A stretch of DNA of 64,000 nt, taken from the NCBI RefSeq assembly GCF_009914755.1, contig NC_060928.1; one strand, 5' to 3'. The position numbers were made by a program, and so were the translations under genes. Below the pieces are notes generated by a model, which saw nothing but the letters and a program-made list of their open reading frames with translations, made no database searches and was not told the DNA's origin. This document shows, one piece after another, positions 27,228-40,330 of this stretch. Source of the stretch: the human T2T-CHM13v2.0 reference genome, Homo sapiens. Within the stretch, counting starts at the first letter, position 1, and each line of letters opens with the position of its first letter.

Positions 27228-28101
27228 AGTGAGTGCTGAGGGACGGTCGGGAGCCTTGTTTGTTTCCTCCTCCTCAGGACAAACAGGAGAGTGCGGTGGG
27301 CAGATGGGAGGAGATCAATATGCAAACTCCTTGCTCAGCTGACTGTGGAGTTTCTGTTCTTTGTTGTGCTGGGGGGTCTCAGAAATCTTATTGAAAATTT
27401 TTCTTTCCTCCCCCACTGGTTGTCCTTTTCATAGACATCTCACCCATGGTAGCAGGGAATCAGTCCCTCTAAACTATTCCCTAAGAACAACAAAGAGATT
27501 ATGAAGGTAATGATGAGGATAAAGAGGATGACGACAGACACCATGGCATCATGAACCCTTACTGAGGGTTTCCTACAGACCAGGCTCTGAGCTCTGTGCT
27601 CTATGCAGCTTGCTTCATTTCATCTGCATAGTCTCCATGTTATTAGTGCACATTTCATGATGATTTTACAGACTAGAAAAGGCGCAACGGATTTTCATGT
27701 AGCTTGTACCAGATCACGAAGTCAAAAAGGGTGAAGTCCAATTTGAACCAGGCAGTCTAAGTCCAGACACATGGCATTTGGCCGGTCCTCTCCCTGCATC
27801 CAACCTGCCCTCTCAAATCCTCGTCACTCAGGCGGATGCCGCTGCTCACTGTGCCCTTCCCTTTGGGGGTTCCTTGTAGACCACAACTAGACCAGTGGGT
27901 GCCACAATCACTGTGTCATGTATAGAAAGGGCAGCTGCGATCACATCAAGGATTCCAGAAAGAATTGGCACAGGATCATTCGGGACGCATCTCTCTCTTG
28001 CCGCTGTTCCTGGCTTTCCTTACAGCTGTCGACTTCCCCAAAGGAGTCATCAATTCGGAGTTTGGCTTCCATTCCTATTGAAGAAGCTGGAAAGTGTTTC
28101 A

Positions 28102-28553
<452 letters not shown>

Positions 28554-29223
28554 TCACTTCACCCTTTAATCCCTTTGCTCAAGACTAAAGTTCCGAGAGG
28601 AAGTCTAATCGGCTGAGTTGTGTCCATGTGGGCAGTGCAGGAAAGGGTGCAGTGGGAGGCGGCTCCAGGGACGTCTTTGGCTTCCATCATGGGGGAGCAA
28701 GCGCCTGGATTATCCACCCTAACAAATCTGGACAAAGGAAAACGAGGTTCTCTGAGGAAGGAGACATAGAGCCCAAGGAGCTAACCAAGAGACAAATAGT
28801 CATCCTGTCTTGTCATTTTCTTTTACACATGTGTGTACATTATCTTACACTTATCACTTTGTTTTCTTTCTCTCCTTTAATTGCACCCTGTTGCCAAAAG
28901 TTAAAATAAAATGAAAGTATTGAGATAGCTCAGTAACTGACTTTTGGTCAATTGCCTTTTCATATAGTGAATAGCTGCCCAAACGATTGTCTCTGTCACT
29001 GTGCAAATTTGCAAGCGTTTGCATGATCACTCCCAATCCCCCAATACAGGGCTGTGTTACAGCACAATTTAGTTCAGTGTTTTGCTCTCTGCAACAGGGA
29101 GGTTCTCATCCATTACAGGTTGCAGTAAAAACAGGGGTACCATAAGCAACCACCTCTTTCCTCAACGATGAGATGAAAGCAAAAGCCAAGTAGCTCCATA
29201 TATCCAACTTAAAAATATAAAAA

Positions 29224-29610
29224 GTTACACCCGTGGGCTGCAATTGGAGCTATGGCGGCGGCAGCTGTCTCTGGGTCTAGCCCGGGGTGTGGACCTGGGG
29301 ACTCCCCAGAAGGGCCCGATGGGGAGGCTCACGGAGCGTCGGTGGAAGGCGCACAGGATGCTAAAGCTTTACAATGGTCTCTCGGAAGGGGAGGGGGTGG
29401 GACTCCCCTCGGGGCCCGACCCCCTGGACCCCACTGATCTGAACGGGGCGCACTTCGACCCGGAAGTTTACCTAGACAAGCTGCCTAGAGAGTGCCCTCT
29501 GGCCCAGCTGATGGACAGTGAGACGGACATGGTGCAGCAGATCCGGGCTCTAGACAGCGACATGCAAACCCTGGTCTATGAGAACTACGATAAGTTCATC
29601 CCAGCCACAG
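29224..29610 (+). pseudogene. VPS51: VPS51 processed pseudogene fragment (first two exons, intronless, frameshifted)
   Basis: [26 protein letters not shown], a +1 frameshift near 29331, then [20 protein letters not shown]...[62 protein letters not shown]. Homology stops at GCCACAG (29610). Confidence 0.9.
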
Positions 29611-29707
29611 AAATTGACAAACAGCATACAACTCTATGAGGAATTGCAGGAGACCCAGAATTTCCCAAATAACCTTGTAAAAGAAGAACAAAGTTGGAAG
29701 ACTCACA
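29611..29707 (+). mobile_element. Short L1 ORF2-derived segment fused to the VPS51 retrocopy
   Basis: aaattgacaa...aaaagaagaacaaagttggaagactcaca resembles old L1 ORF2 consensus; followed by (TA)n. Confidence 0.7.
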
Positions 29708-30901
29708 ATATATATATATATATATAAAGTTGTGTTTTCGTTCAGTTGTAAATGTTTAGTAATTTCTATTGTGATTTTTCATTTAATTCATGAAAGGATA
29801 TTTTTAATTTTCCAAATGTATGCTTGTGTTTAGCTATCTTCTTGCTTTTGACTTCTAATTTTATTGCATTATGGTCAGGAAAATGTGGTCTGGACAATGT
29901 CAATCGTATAGTGGATTTGGTTGAGACTTCTTTATGGCCTAATATGTGGCCAGTTTTTTTTTTTTTTGCAAATTTGCCACATGTGGTTAAAAGGAATGTG
30001 GATTATTTGTTTTTTTAGGAGAGTTTTTATTTTTAAATAGATAAGGTTCTCAGTGTAATTGAAATCTAGCTTCAATTAACAATATGCTAAATCTCTCAAA
30101 TCTTAGGATGTTAGTCAGTGTAAAAATAGACTGCTGCTAAGACTAATAAGCCCTGAACTCTCAGTGCGTTGGCACCCATAGCATAGTCTGGTGCAGGGCA
30201 GGGGTTCTCCTTAGGGGCCCTTGTCCAACAGTGATTCAGAGATTCTGGAGATTTCCATCTTTTAATTCTGCCATCTCAGAATTTTTCACTTGTAGCCATA
30301 TGGTTAAGAAGAGAGGGAACATAGCTCACACTTGCCTTTGATGACCTTGGCCTGAAGGGATTTCTTACATTCCTATTGGTGGAAATGCAGTCACATGGTT
30401 CCAAACTAACTGCAAGTAAGGCTGGGAAATGTAGTCTTTCTGCATGTTCAGGAAGAGGAATGGTGTGAACACAGCATTGTCTTTGACACACTAAGCATGT
30501 GCTTAAGAGTTCTTACTCTTATAGGAGGTTTGTCTGTCCTGTGTAACTTTCTCAGTTTTTGCTTAGATAGTTTCAGGCAATGTTGTTTGGTGCATTCAGC
30601 TTGATGATTATTATGTCCTCTTGGCAAAGTAGTCAAGATTCCCATCAATTTGAATGAAAGTGTTTTACAGATAGGTCAGGAAATGTTAATACTTTAAAAT
30701 GCCCTTCCATTCCTCCACTCTACAGATAAGAACAACAGAGTCCTAGAGAGAGGAGGTCATGGGTCTCGCTCATGAGTGGCAGAATTGAAACCAACATGGC
30801 AGTAACTTTGCCTTTCCCCCATCGTGTTGTTCTCCCTCTATCTTCACTCTGCTGATTTCTTCACTTGCTCCATACAGACCTCCCAGTGCCAAGTGTATAA
30901 G

Positions 30902-32213
30902 TGTGTCCGGAATTGGTGGGTTCTTGGTCCCACTGACTTCAAGAATGAAGCTGTGGACCCTCCTGGTGAGTGTTACAGTTCTTAAAGTTGGCGTGTCTGG
31001 AGTTTGTTCCTTTTGATGTTCGGATGTGTTCGAAGCTTCTTCCTTCTGGTGGGGTTTGTGGTCTTGCTGGCTCAGGAGTGAAGCTGCAGACCTTCATGGT
31101 GAGTGTTACAGCTCTTAAGGCTGCATGTCTGGAGTTGTTCATTTCTCCTGGTGGGTTCATGGTCTTGCTGGCTTCAGGAGTGAAGCTGCAGACCTTCTCG
31201 GTGAGTGTTACAGCTCATAAAGGCAGTGCGGACCCAAACAGTGAGCAGCAACAAGATTTATTGCAAAGAGCGAAAGAACAAAGCTTCCACAGTGTGGAAG
31301 GGGACCCCAGCGGGTTGCCGCTGCTGGCTTGGGCAGCCTGCTTTTATTCTCTTACCTGGCCCCACCCACATCCTGCTGATTGGTCCATTTTACAGAGAGC
31401 CTGAGTGGTCTGTTTTGACAGGGTGCTGATTGGTGCCTTTACAATCCCTGAGCTAGACACAAAGGTTCCCCACGTCCCCACTAGATTAGCTAGATACAGA
31501 GTGTCCACACAAAGGTTCTCCAAGTCCCCACCATAGTAGCTAGATACAGAGTGTCGATTGGTGTATTTACAATCCCTTAGCTAGACATAAAGGTTCTACA
31601 AGTCCCCACCAGACTCAGGAGCCCAGCTGGCTTCACCCAGTGGATCCCACACAGGAACCACAGGTGGAGCTGCCTGCCAGTCCCTCTCCGTGCTCCCACA
31701 CTCCTCATCCCTTGGGTGGTCGATGGGACTGGGCGCTGTGGAGCAGGGGGCAGTGCTTGTCGGGGAGGCTCCGGCCACACAGGAGCCCATGGAGGGAGGA
31801 GGCTCAGGAATGTTGGGCTGCAGGTCCCAAGCCCTGTCCACGGGGAGGCAGCTAAGGCCCAGCGAGAAGTCGAGCACAGCAGCTGCTGGCCCAGGTGCTA
31901 AGCCTCTCACAGCCCGGGGCCGGCAGGGCCAGCTGGCAGCTCCTAGTGCTGGGCCACCAAGCCCACGCCCACCCGGAACTCCAGCCGGCAGGCAAGAAGC
32001 ACGCAGCCCCGGTTCCGGCTCATGCCTCTCCCTCCACACCTCCCTGCAAGCTGAGGGAGCCAGCTCTGACCTTGGCAAGCCCAGAAAGGGCCTCCCACCG
32101 TGCAGCCGCGGGTTGAAGGGCTCCTCAAGTGCTGCCAAAGTGGGAGCCCAGGCAGAGGAGGCACCAAGAGTGAGCGAGGGCTGTGATGGCTGCCAGCACG
32201 CTGTCACCTCTCA
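30902..32213 (-). mobile_element. ERV9 solo LTR, LTR12C-like
   Basis: Minus strand starts TGAGAGGTGACAGCGTGCTGGCAG and ends CCAATTCCGGACACA. CCAAT-containing repeats (gattgg at ~31378, 31428, 31556) and U5 tandem repeats. Flanks taag/gaag form a near 4-bp TSD. Confidence 0.93.
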
Positions 32214-33499
32214 GAAGGAGTGATTAATCTGGGCTTCTCCAGAAAGTCCATTCCTGGTAGGCACTGGGAATAAGAAATCTCAGAGTATAAAATAACATCA
32301 AGTGGTAGCACTTTTGTGAATGGCTCCCAAATTAGATCCTTTACCTTTTTTTTTCATGAAGCACAGTTGCACAAAACACGCTTAGCCTGAGATGAAGCAC
32401 ATATTAGAGAAAGGTTCTCTCTATAGCATTATGTATTACTCGAATGAGCATTAAAAAGAAGAGATGGGACATGCTCTCTCTAGCTACTATTACCTCCACT
32501 ATAGAGTTGACTTACACAAGCTCATTATTGCATTATGCTTTATTCAACAAAATAACTTTAATGTTGAAGCTTAAATTGAATTCGCTAAAACATCTTTGTC
32601 TCCAGCATAATGTGCCTCAAGTGTCTTCTTGGTGCCTGAATTTTCTCCAGAATTATAGTGCTGAAGCTATGGAAATGGTGAAATTATATGCAATCTGCAA
32701 AACAATGTGGCTATAATGTGGTAATTGGCCTTCCGCATAATTAAAGGAACATTTCCTCATCAGAGCTGTTCCATCAGATACCCAAAGGCTATCGTTGTAC
32801 AAATCACCCACTTAGGAAAACCTTTATTCCCAGTAGCCTATAAAAATCTGGTTATGCAAACAGATTTGCTTATTCAGTAACATTAATGGCTTCTCAGATT
32901 TAAAAAGTCATCAATGTGATTGACCTATAATCTGTTTCCTCTGTGACCAAGTGTCATTTTTATTTTGACAGTTAGGAGCCTTTTGACCCTTCCACAGCTG
33001 GCATGAAGGCACAGGGAGGAAAATCTCAAAAACCAAAAACCTGTGTATTCCCAGACTATTAATCAATAAAAATCACTTCAACTGGATTAGGGTCTTTTAC
33101 CTTGCAGAAAGGCTCTTATGGACATTGGAATTGGATTTTTACACTTGATATGACACCTCCTTGAGTCAAATCAGATTCGTGTTTGATAGACTCTTGCCGA
33201 AAAATTGCTCCAGGGTCTGTGCAGTAGCTAACGCCTTTTTGTTGTTGTTGTTGTTTTAAAAGCAGCATTAAATGTTTTCATGAAGACCTTCCCAGCAGTG
33301 ATGTTATTGGGAATATGGTCTTTAGCTCTGGTCCTGAATAACTCACACTGAGGAAACCTCTAACAAGTGTCTTATTGGAAGTTGTCTGATGGATTGTTGG
33401 TTTTAATAACAAATCTCTTCCCTTTTTCTGTCCCCTGTGTTCTATTCTCCTTTCTCTACACATTATTCTGGGAGGATTCACCTATTCCCAAAATCCTTT

Positions 33500-34170
33500 C
33501 CTCTTTATTTCCATTCCAGAGCTCTCTGTATAACTCCAGGCTGATGAATCCAACTGCCCAGTTGTTATCTCCACTTGGCTGTCTGTCTTGCATTGACCTC
33601 ATCTTACCTTTCCTCTCCTGATTTCCTCTTCTGCCTGGGCTCACCACGTCAGATTCACACCACCATCCACCCAGCTTCCAAAACACCTGGGCCTCATCCT
33701 TCATTCCTCCCTCTTTCTCAGTTAAGTTAGTCTACTGTCTCCTCTCCATCCTCACTGCCACAGCCTTGGTCCAGCCAACCATCTTGTCTCACTTGGTGTA
33801 TTGCAACCTCCCACCTGGTCTACTCACCTCCCACTCTCCTCCAGCCAGACTGCTCTTTTTATAGCACAAAGTGGATCATTACTCCCCTGCCTAAAAACAT
33901 CTACTGTCTCCTTTTGTCTACAGGATAAACATGACAAAGAGCCTTTAAGATTTGGCTCTAACTTACCTCTACATTAGTCACTTTTTACAATTATATGAAC
34001 ATCTCTCAGCTCCTCACCCTCTCACGTCTCGATTTTTGCACATGCTCTTCCCTCTGCTGGGAATGATCTTCCACAGCTCTCCTATCGACCTGGCTAATTC
34101 CTACCATTTTCTAGTCTTCAACTGAGGAGTCCTGTGGTGGAGAAGGATTTCTGACCACCTGATAGAGATT
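33500..34170 (+). mobile_element. L2 LINE fragments
   Basis: CT-rich degenerate L2 words (atccaactgcc...atctccacttgg, caccatccacccag, cacatgctcttccctctgctgggaatg). Confidence 0.55.
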
Positions 34171-34192
34171 GCATGCCCACCCATCACCTGGC

Positions 34193-34485
34193 TTTTTTTT
34201 TTGACGGAGTCTCGCTCTGGCCATCCAGCCTGGAGTGCAGTGGCGCGATCTTGGCTCACTGCAATCTCCGCCTCCCGGGTTCAAGCAATTCTCCCACCTC
34301 AGCCTTCTGAGTATCTGGAATTACAGGTGCCCGCCACCACTTCTGGCTAATTTTTTTGTATTTTTAGTAAAGACAGGATTTCACCATGTTGGCCAGGCTG
34401 TTTTCGAACTCCTGGCCTCAAGTGATACACCCACCTTGGCCTCCCAAAATGCTGGGATTACAGGCATGAACAACTGCACCTGGCC
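34193..34485 (-). mobile_element. Alu
   Basis: Reverse Alu dimer. Confidence 0.92.
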
Positions 34486-35061
34486 GACTGGGTGCCCCCT
34501 CTTTGTGCTCCCCTTGCCCCAGGCATACTGTCACCATAACTCCTACCATTGTGAGTTGAAAATGATTTTTTTTTTGCTTTTTATTTCTCTCATTAAATGC
34601 AAAGCTCATTGAAAAGAGGATGGTGGTTGTTCACTGTTGTACTCCTAACTTTTGACTCAGTGTCCTGAGGTCGGCTCTAGAGCTGTGCACACATGTTCAG
34701 ACATTGGAGCACATCTTGTCTAGCGCCTCTTTTGAGGTGGCTTGGAGAAAATTCAGTAGGTACTTCCCCTAGGATGAAACAGAAGCTTCACCTAAATCAG
34801 GAGTTCTTCAACTTCAGCCTGCATTAGAATCCTCTGAGAGCTTGTTAAAAATACAGTCTCCTAGAGACCACTCTTCAAGAGTCAGTGAGTTGCTTCATCA
34901 TCAAAATATATACAGAATCCAGCAGGTCTTCAGCGCCAGCCTGGTCTGAGCCACTGTGGACTGCCACTTGCAGAATCTCACTGCTGGTCTCCTTGCTTCT
35001 GCTCTTACCTTCTTATCATCCATTCAAGTAGCCAGAGTGATCCTTTTTAAAAATTTTTTAA

Positions 35062-35326
<265 letters not shown>

Positions 35327-36060
35327 TAGGGATTTTGATGCAGAGGCCTGGGCGCCTCATGGCTCCTCCCATCTCTCTCTGTCTTTCTGTCTCTGTCTCT
35401 GTCTCTGTCTATCTCTCTCTCCCTTTCTCTTTGCCTTATAGCTTCCCTGGGGACTAGACTCTGCCTTAGGCATCCCTCTGACTCCTCTTTCCTTTTACAC
35501 TGAGGCTGCTTTAAGTCGCACCTTGATCTGAAGCCTTGGGCTTCTGTTCCTATTGCTTGCTTTTGTTGGAAGGGCCGTGCAGCTTCTTGACAAATTGCAA
35601 AGGTGCCCACGAGTTTCCAAGTTCACAACAACCAAACCAGATGACAAACAAGGATGCAGCCCACGGCTGGGGAGACAGATTTCATGTCCACACAGAGATT
35701 CCAAGATGCTGAACTGAAATCCACCCCGAAACCTGTTTTCTCTCTCATTTAAGTTCAATGTCACCTGGGGCCTTGCAGGGCAGGGCTGGTGACCATTCAC
35801 AGGGCAAAGATGCTTTGAAATGTCAACTGAGAATGGTGTGGTGGTTGACAGATGGCACATCAGGGCATAGATTAACATGGAAAGAGAAACTCACCCCTTG
35901 GGGGTAGTGTGTGAGGCTGGCAGCCACACAGAGGGCTTTTCCTGCGAGCTCTCGCATAGATGCAAACAGCCAGGAGGTTTTGCTTTCTGAGCCTGAGTGG
36001 AACAATGTTCCTCCCTGCACATTGCCGCTCTGCAGCAAATGTTTATTCCTGTTGCATTGA

Positions 36061-36503
<443 letters not shown>

Positions 36504-36625
36504 TCAGCCAGCCAGGAGTGACCGGGTGTAAGTGTTGCTGCCACAACATCTTGTAGCCTGATTGGGGCCGTATTTGCAGAACCCCTAAACCACTACATTT
36601 GTTCAGGCTTAAAAATAAGCTTGCT

Positions 36626-36941
36626 TTTTTGTTTGTTTGTTTGTTTGTTTTGGTTTGTTTTATGAGACGGAGTCTTGTTCTGTCGCCGGGTTAGAATACA
36701 GTGGCATGATCTCTGTCCACTGCAACGTCTGCCTCCTGGGTTCAAGTGATTCTCCTGCCTCAGGCTCCCGAGTAGCTGAGACTACAGGCATGTGCCATCA
36801 TGGACAGCTAATTTTTGAATTTTTATCAGATATGGGGCTTCACCGTGTTGGCCAGGATGGTCCGATCTCTTGACCTTGTGATCTGCCCACCTCGGCCTCC
36901 CAAAGTCCTGGGATTACAGGTGTGAGCCACCGTGCCTGGCC
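36626..36941 (-). mobile_element. Alu
   Basis: (TTTG)n tail followed by reverse Alu body. Confidence 0.92.
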
Positions 36942-39379
36942 AAACATAAACTTACTTTCTTACCTCTTCTGCTGAACTCTATTTGCTTCTTTTCCCAAAC
37001 GTCTTTATCCAAAAGAGCTTTTAGCAACAAAGTTACCCAATGCCCTTCCCTAGTCTCTCCTTGCAACTGGCTCTCAGCAGGTGGTAGGAGGAAATCCTTA
37101 ACAGAACCAATTTACGTGACTGTTTGGAGGACTCTCGCTAGCCGCAGGAGGTGTTTGCATTTTTAAATTGGTTAGTAGGGTCAGAATGTTTCATGAGTAA
37201 GAGCACAGCCTCTACGTTGGATGCCCTGAATTTGAATCTCAACATGGCCACTTTGTATATAACCAGAGGATGGAATTGGGGACCCAATGGATCTACCATG
37301 ACATGAACTTGCACCAACATTCACCTGACCTCCAAAATGCCTATTCTGACTGGTAGACCCTAGTCTCTCCCTAGTGCCAGTTCAGAGCCTGTGTCCAGTG
37401 ATCCTGCATAGGTCTCATTAGTTTCTATTCCCCTGTTCAGTCATCCTAGTAAAAGGCTGTGTACTCCTTCAGGGGCAGGCTGGGAGAAAAATTGACAGTA
37501 TAAATTTTTGGCAGTGGAGCAGAGTCCTTTTTGGAGGGGACCTGGCTTCCCATTCAGACAAAGGACTCCCGGTCTGTGAACTGGCTTATGTCTGGGAATT
37601 GACTGGAGACTGTGACTCTGTTTTTATGATTCAGATTAGACTTCTACTCACCTGACCTAGAACCCTTCTGCAAACACAGATCAAGTAAAAATGTGGCAGG
37701 CTTCTTACCTATTTCACTTCTAGGAATGCCACGATCAGCTGGCAGCATAGGTCTCTGCAAGTCAGGCAATTCTGGTTGCAGCTTTGACTCTGTTGTCTTT
37801 TATGGTAACTGCGTCCACCTTGCCTTTGGGGATTTAGTGCTGCGATCACTTGGCCCCAGCCCCTGTACTGTGCCTATGTCACTTACCCTCTTTATACCTC
37901 AGTCTCCTCCTCTGTAAAAATGGGCATCTAATAGCACCAAACCCCAGGGCTGCTGTGAGGTATACATGGATTAGCATATGGAAAGTAATAGAAGAGGGTC
38001 TCAAAGCCCATGTGTCATTAGCAGAATTATTTCATGACAGGGGAGAGCTGGAGGAGAGAGGAAGGTGCTGAGCAGACCCATGTGCTCTCCCACCTGTGTT
38101 TCCTGAGCGCCTATGTGCTGCCCACTGTGAGAGCTGTTAGGGTTGAAATAGGGAGCACAGCAGGGTAGGGGCCGCCATCAGGAGCTTAGTGGGGAGACCA
38201 TTGTGCAACATGGTTCCAGCGCTTGGGGTGGGGAAGCTCAGGGAGTAGAGGGGCCTAGGATCCCGGGCAGAATCATGGAAAGGACATAGCCTCCCCAGCC
38301 TCTCCTGCCTCCACTGCCTCCCTGGCCTCCTCTGCTTCCCTGGCCTCTCCTGCCTTCCTGGCTTCCCCTTCCTCCCCAGCCTCCCCAGTCTCCCCTGTCT
38401 CTCCTGCTTTTGAGGTAGGCCAGGAGCTGCTGGTGCTCACTTAGCCTGTCCTGGACTCTTGGTGTAGCACCTCGATGTCCAGAAAATACCCCCGGGTTCA
38501 GCTTATCACACAGCCAAGGAAGGAGCTCCACACTGACACTAAGGGTGCATCCTGGGCTCATTCATCAGGGCATGCCTCCAAAATATTTCTCCACGTCTCC
38601 TCTCTTTGCCCACCTGCATTATCTCTGTGCCTGAGCCCTGGCTGGGGGCCTGCAAGGATCCCCTATCTCCTCTGTCCCTGCACGGCTGGGTCCCAGGCAA
38701 TCTGTCTGCCCACCACACCTCTCTCCCCTCGCCCTCCATGCTCCAGCCCCACAGTCCTCTTTCTGCTTCTTTCCTAGCCTCTGGGCTTTTGCACACGCTG
38801 TTCCCTCTGCCCGAACATGCTCCACTGGGCTGAGAACAACTCTCTGAGACCTCTCTCAGCTGTTGCTTCCTTTGGAACAGCCGCTGCTGCTGTCCCTCTC
38901 CCAGCTCCAAGACCTGCTGAGCCTCCTGTCTTTCTCAGTTCCCATGACCCCAGCACTTCTCCTTGGCCTCCTTTTGCCCAATTGACAATGTCCGTTCTCA
39001 ATGCCTTGTCACCCAGCGCTGAGCCCCACTGTGTGAAGGCCATGCCTGTCATGTTCACGACAATATCCCCTCTCCCATCACCACGCCTGGTCCACAGAGA
39101 TGCTCAAAAAAGATCTGTTGGTAGGCAATGCGAAGGTGCATTCATGTCATCCTGCAGGCGGAATTCTCCACGAGTTTTGAGCAGCCTCGGTTTTCCCACC
39201 ACCTCCAAATCATGCAAGACACAGGGTAAGAGCAAAGACAAGGTGGCTGTGGCTGATGTCCACCCTCTCGGGGCGTCCCTTCTCTTCTCTCTTCCTTGGG
39301 CAGGGAGACCATCGGGGTGCAACCTGGCTGGGGCGGGGAGGAGGTGCAGAGCCTGGCCGGAACTGGTCTGGCCAAGGGC

Positions 39380-40330
39380 AGGGGACAGCGACCGCCTAGG
39401 CCGGGGCAGGTGAGCGAGGCGCAGGCCCCGGCCCGGCGTGTCCGCGGTGCGCGCGAGCGGCCAGCAGAGGGCGCCAGAGAGCCAGGAGCGGCCTGCGGAG
39501 GAGCCCGCGCCGGCACCGATTCCCAGCTCCGCGCCACGCGGACCCACCGAGCTCGCGCTCAGACGCCCCAGCTCCGCCGAGAGGCCGCTCGCGCCGGGTC
39601 CTTCCTCTTCCCCAAGTGCAGGCCGAGCCTCCGCAGCCACGGCCAGCCCTTCGGGCAGCTCCAAAGCCACTGGCAAGCCCCGAGGCAGGGATGGCCGGCC
39701 CAGGAGGGAGGAGGACGACGTCCCTCCCTAGGAGAAGAACTGCGGCTGTTGCTGGAGGGGGGAAGCGCACAGCCCGACGACTGCGAGGACGGGGAGGACG
39801 CGCTGAGGTCAGGCAGGGAGGAGACCGGCACCCAGACAGGTGGCGACGGCAGAGGAGTAAGTGACGCGGGCGCAGGGGTCCGGGGGTGCCGGGGACGCGG
39901 GGGTGCCGGGGACGCGGGGTAGGGTGGGCGGGAGGCTCCGTGGCCGGCCCTGGGTTGAAGTTGGTAACTGAGCGGCAACTCCGGCGGGCGCGGAGTGACA
40001 GCTCGTGACGGCCTCCGAGACGCCAGCTGCCCCTTCTCGGCTGTGTGCCTTCGACTTCCTGATTCTCCCACGACGTCCCTGGCCTGGAGACCCGCTGGAC
40101 TCTGCGGCTAGCCAAAAGGGGAAGGGGAGCCCCGCGTCCTGGGGGCCCCCAGCAGGGGAAGGGGCGGGGGTTGCCCCGGGCATCCTGTCTGGGGCATCTG
40201 TCTGGGACTCTGCCGGTGCCTTTCACCTGGCGAGGGGCTTGTGGCGGGGGCAGGGGGGAAGTCGCTGGCGCCAGGCTTGGCCAAGCCCTGCTCTGCTGGG
40301 CTGCGGGCTGGCGGCGCTCACCCAGCTCCT
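39380..40330. promoter_or_regulatory. CpG island / promoter-like region
   Basis: Very GC- and CpG-dense, free of interspersed repeats, contains GGGCGG boxes and a first-exon-like donor. Confidence 0.85.
39519..39856 (+). pseudogene. Disabled duplicate of a first coding exon, probably the most distal RBFOX1 exon 1
   Basis: Repairable frame (M)ASPSGSSKATGKPRGRDGRPRREEDDVPP*EK/LRLLLEGGSAQPDDCEDGEDALRSGREETGTQTGGDGRG ending at donor GA|GTAAGT (39857). TAG at 39729, 1-nt loss at ~39739, candidate starts read ATT (39519) and ACG (39639). The RBFOX1 assignment rests on remembered exon lengths. Confidence 0.6.

Noticed and set aside
26198-28100. HML-2 provirus downstream of the LTR
   Set aside because: The TSD follows the LTR immediately; there is no Lys primer-binding site or gag.
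31577-32223. 177-203 aa ORFs
   Set aside because: They lie inside the GC-rich U3 region of LTR12C.
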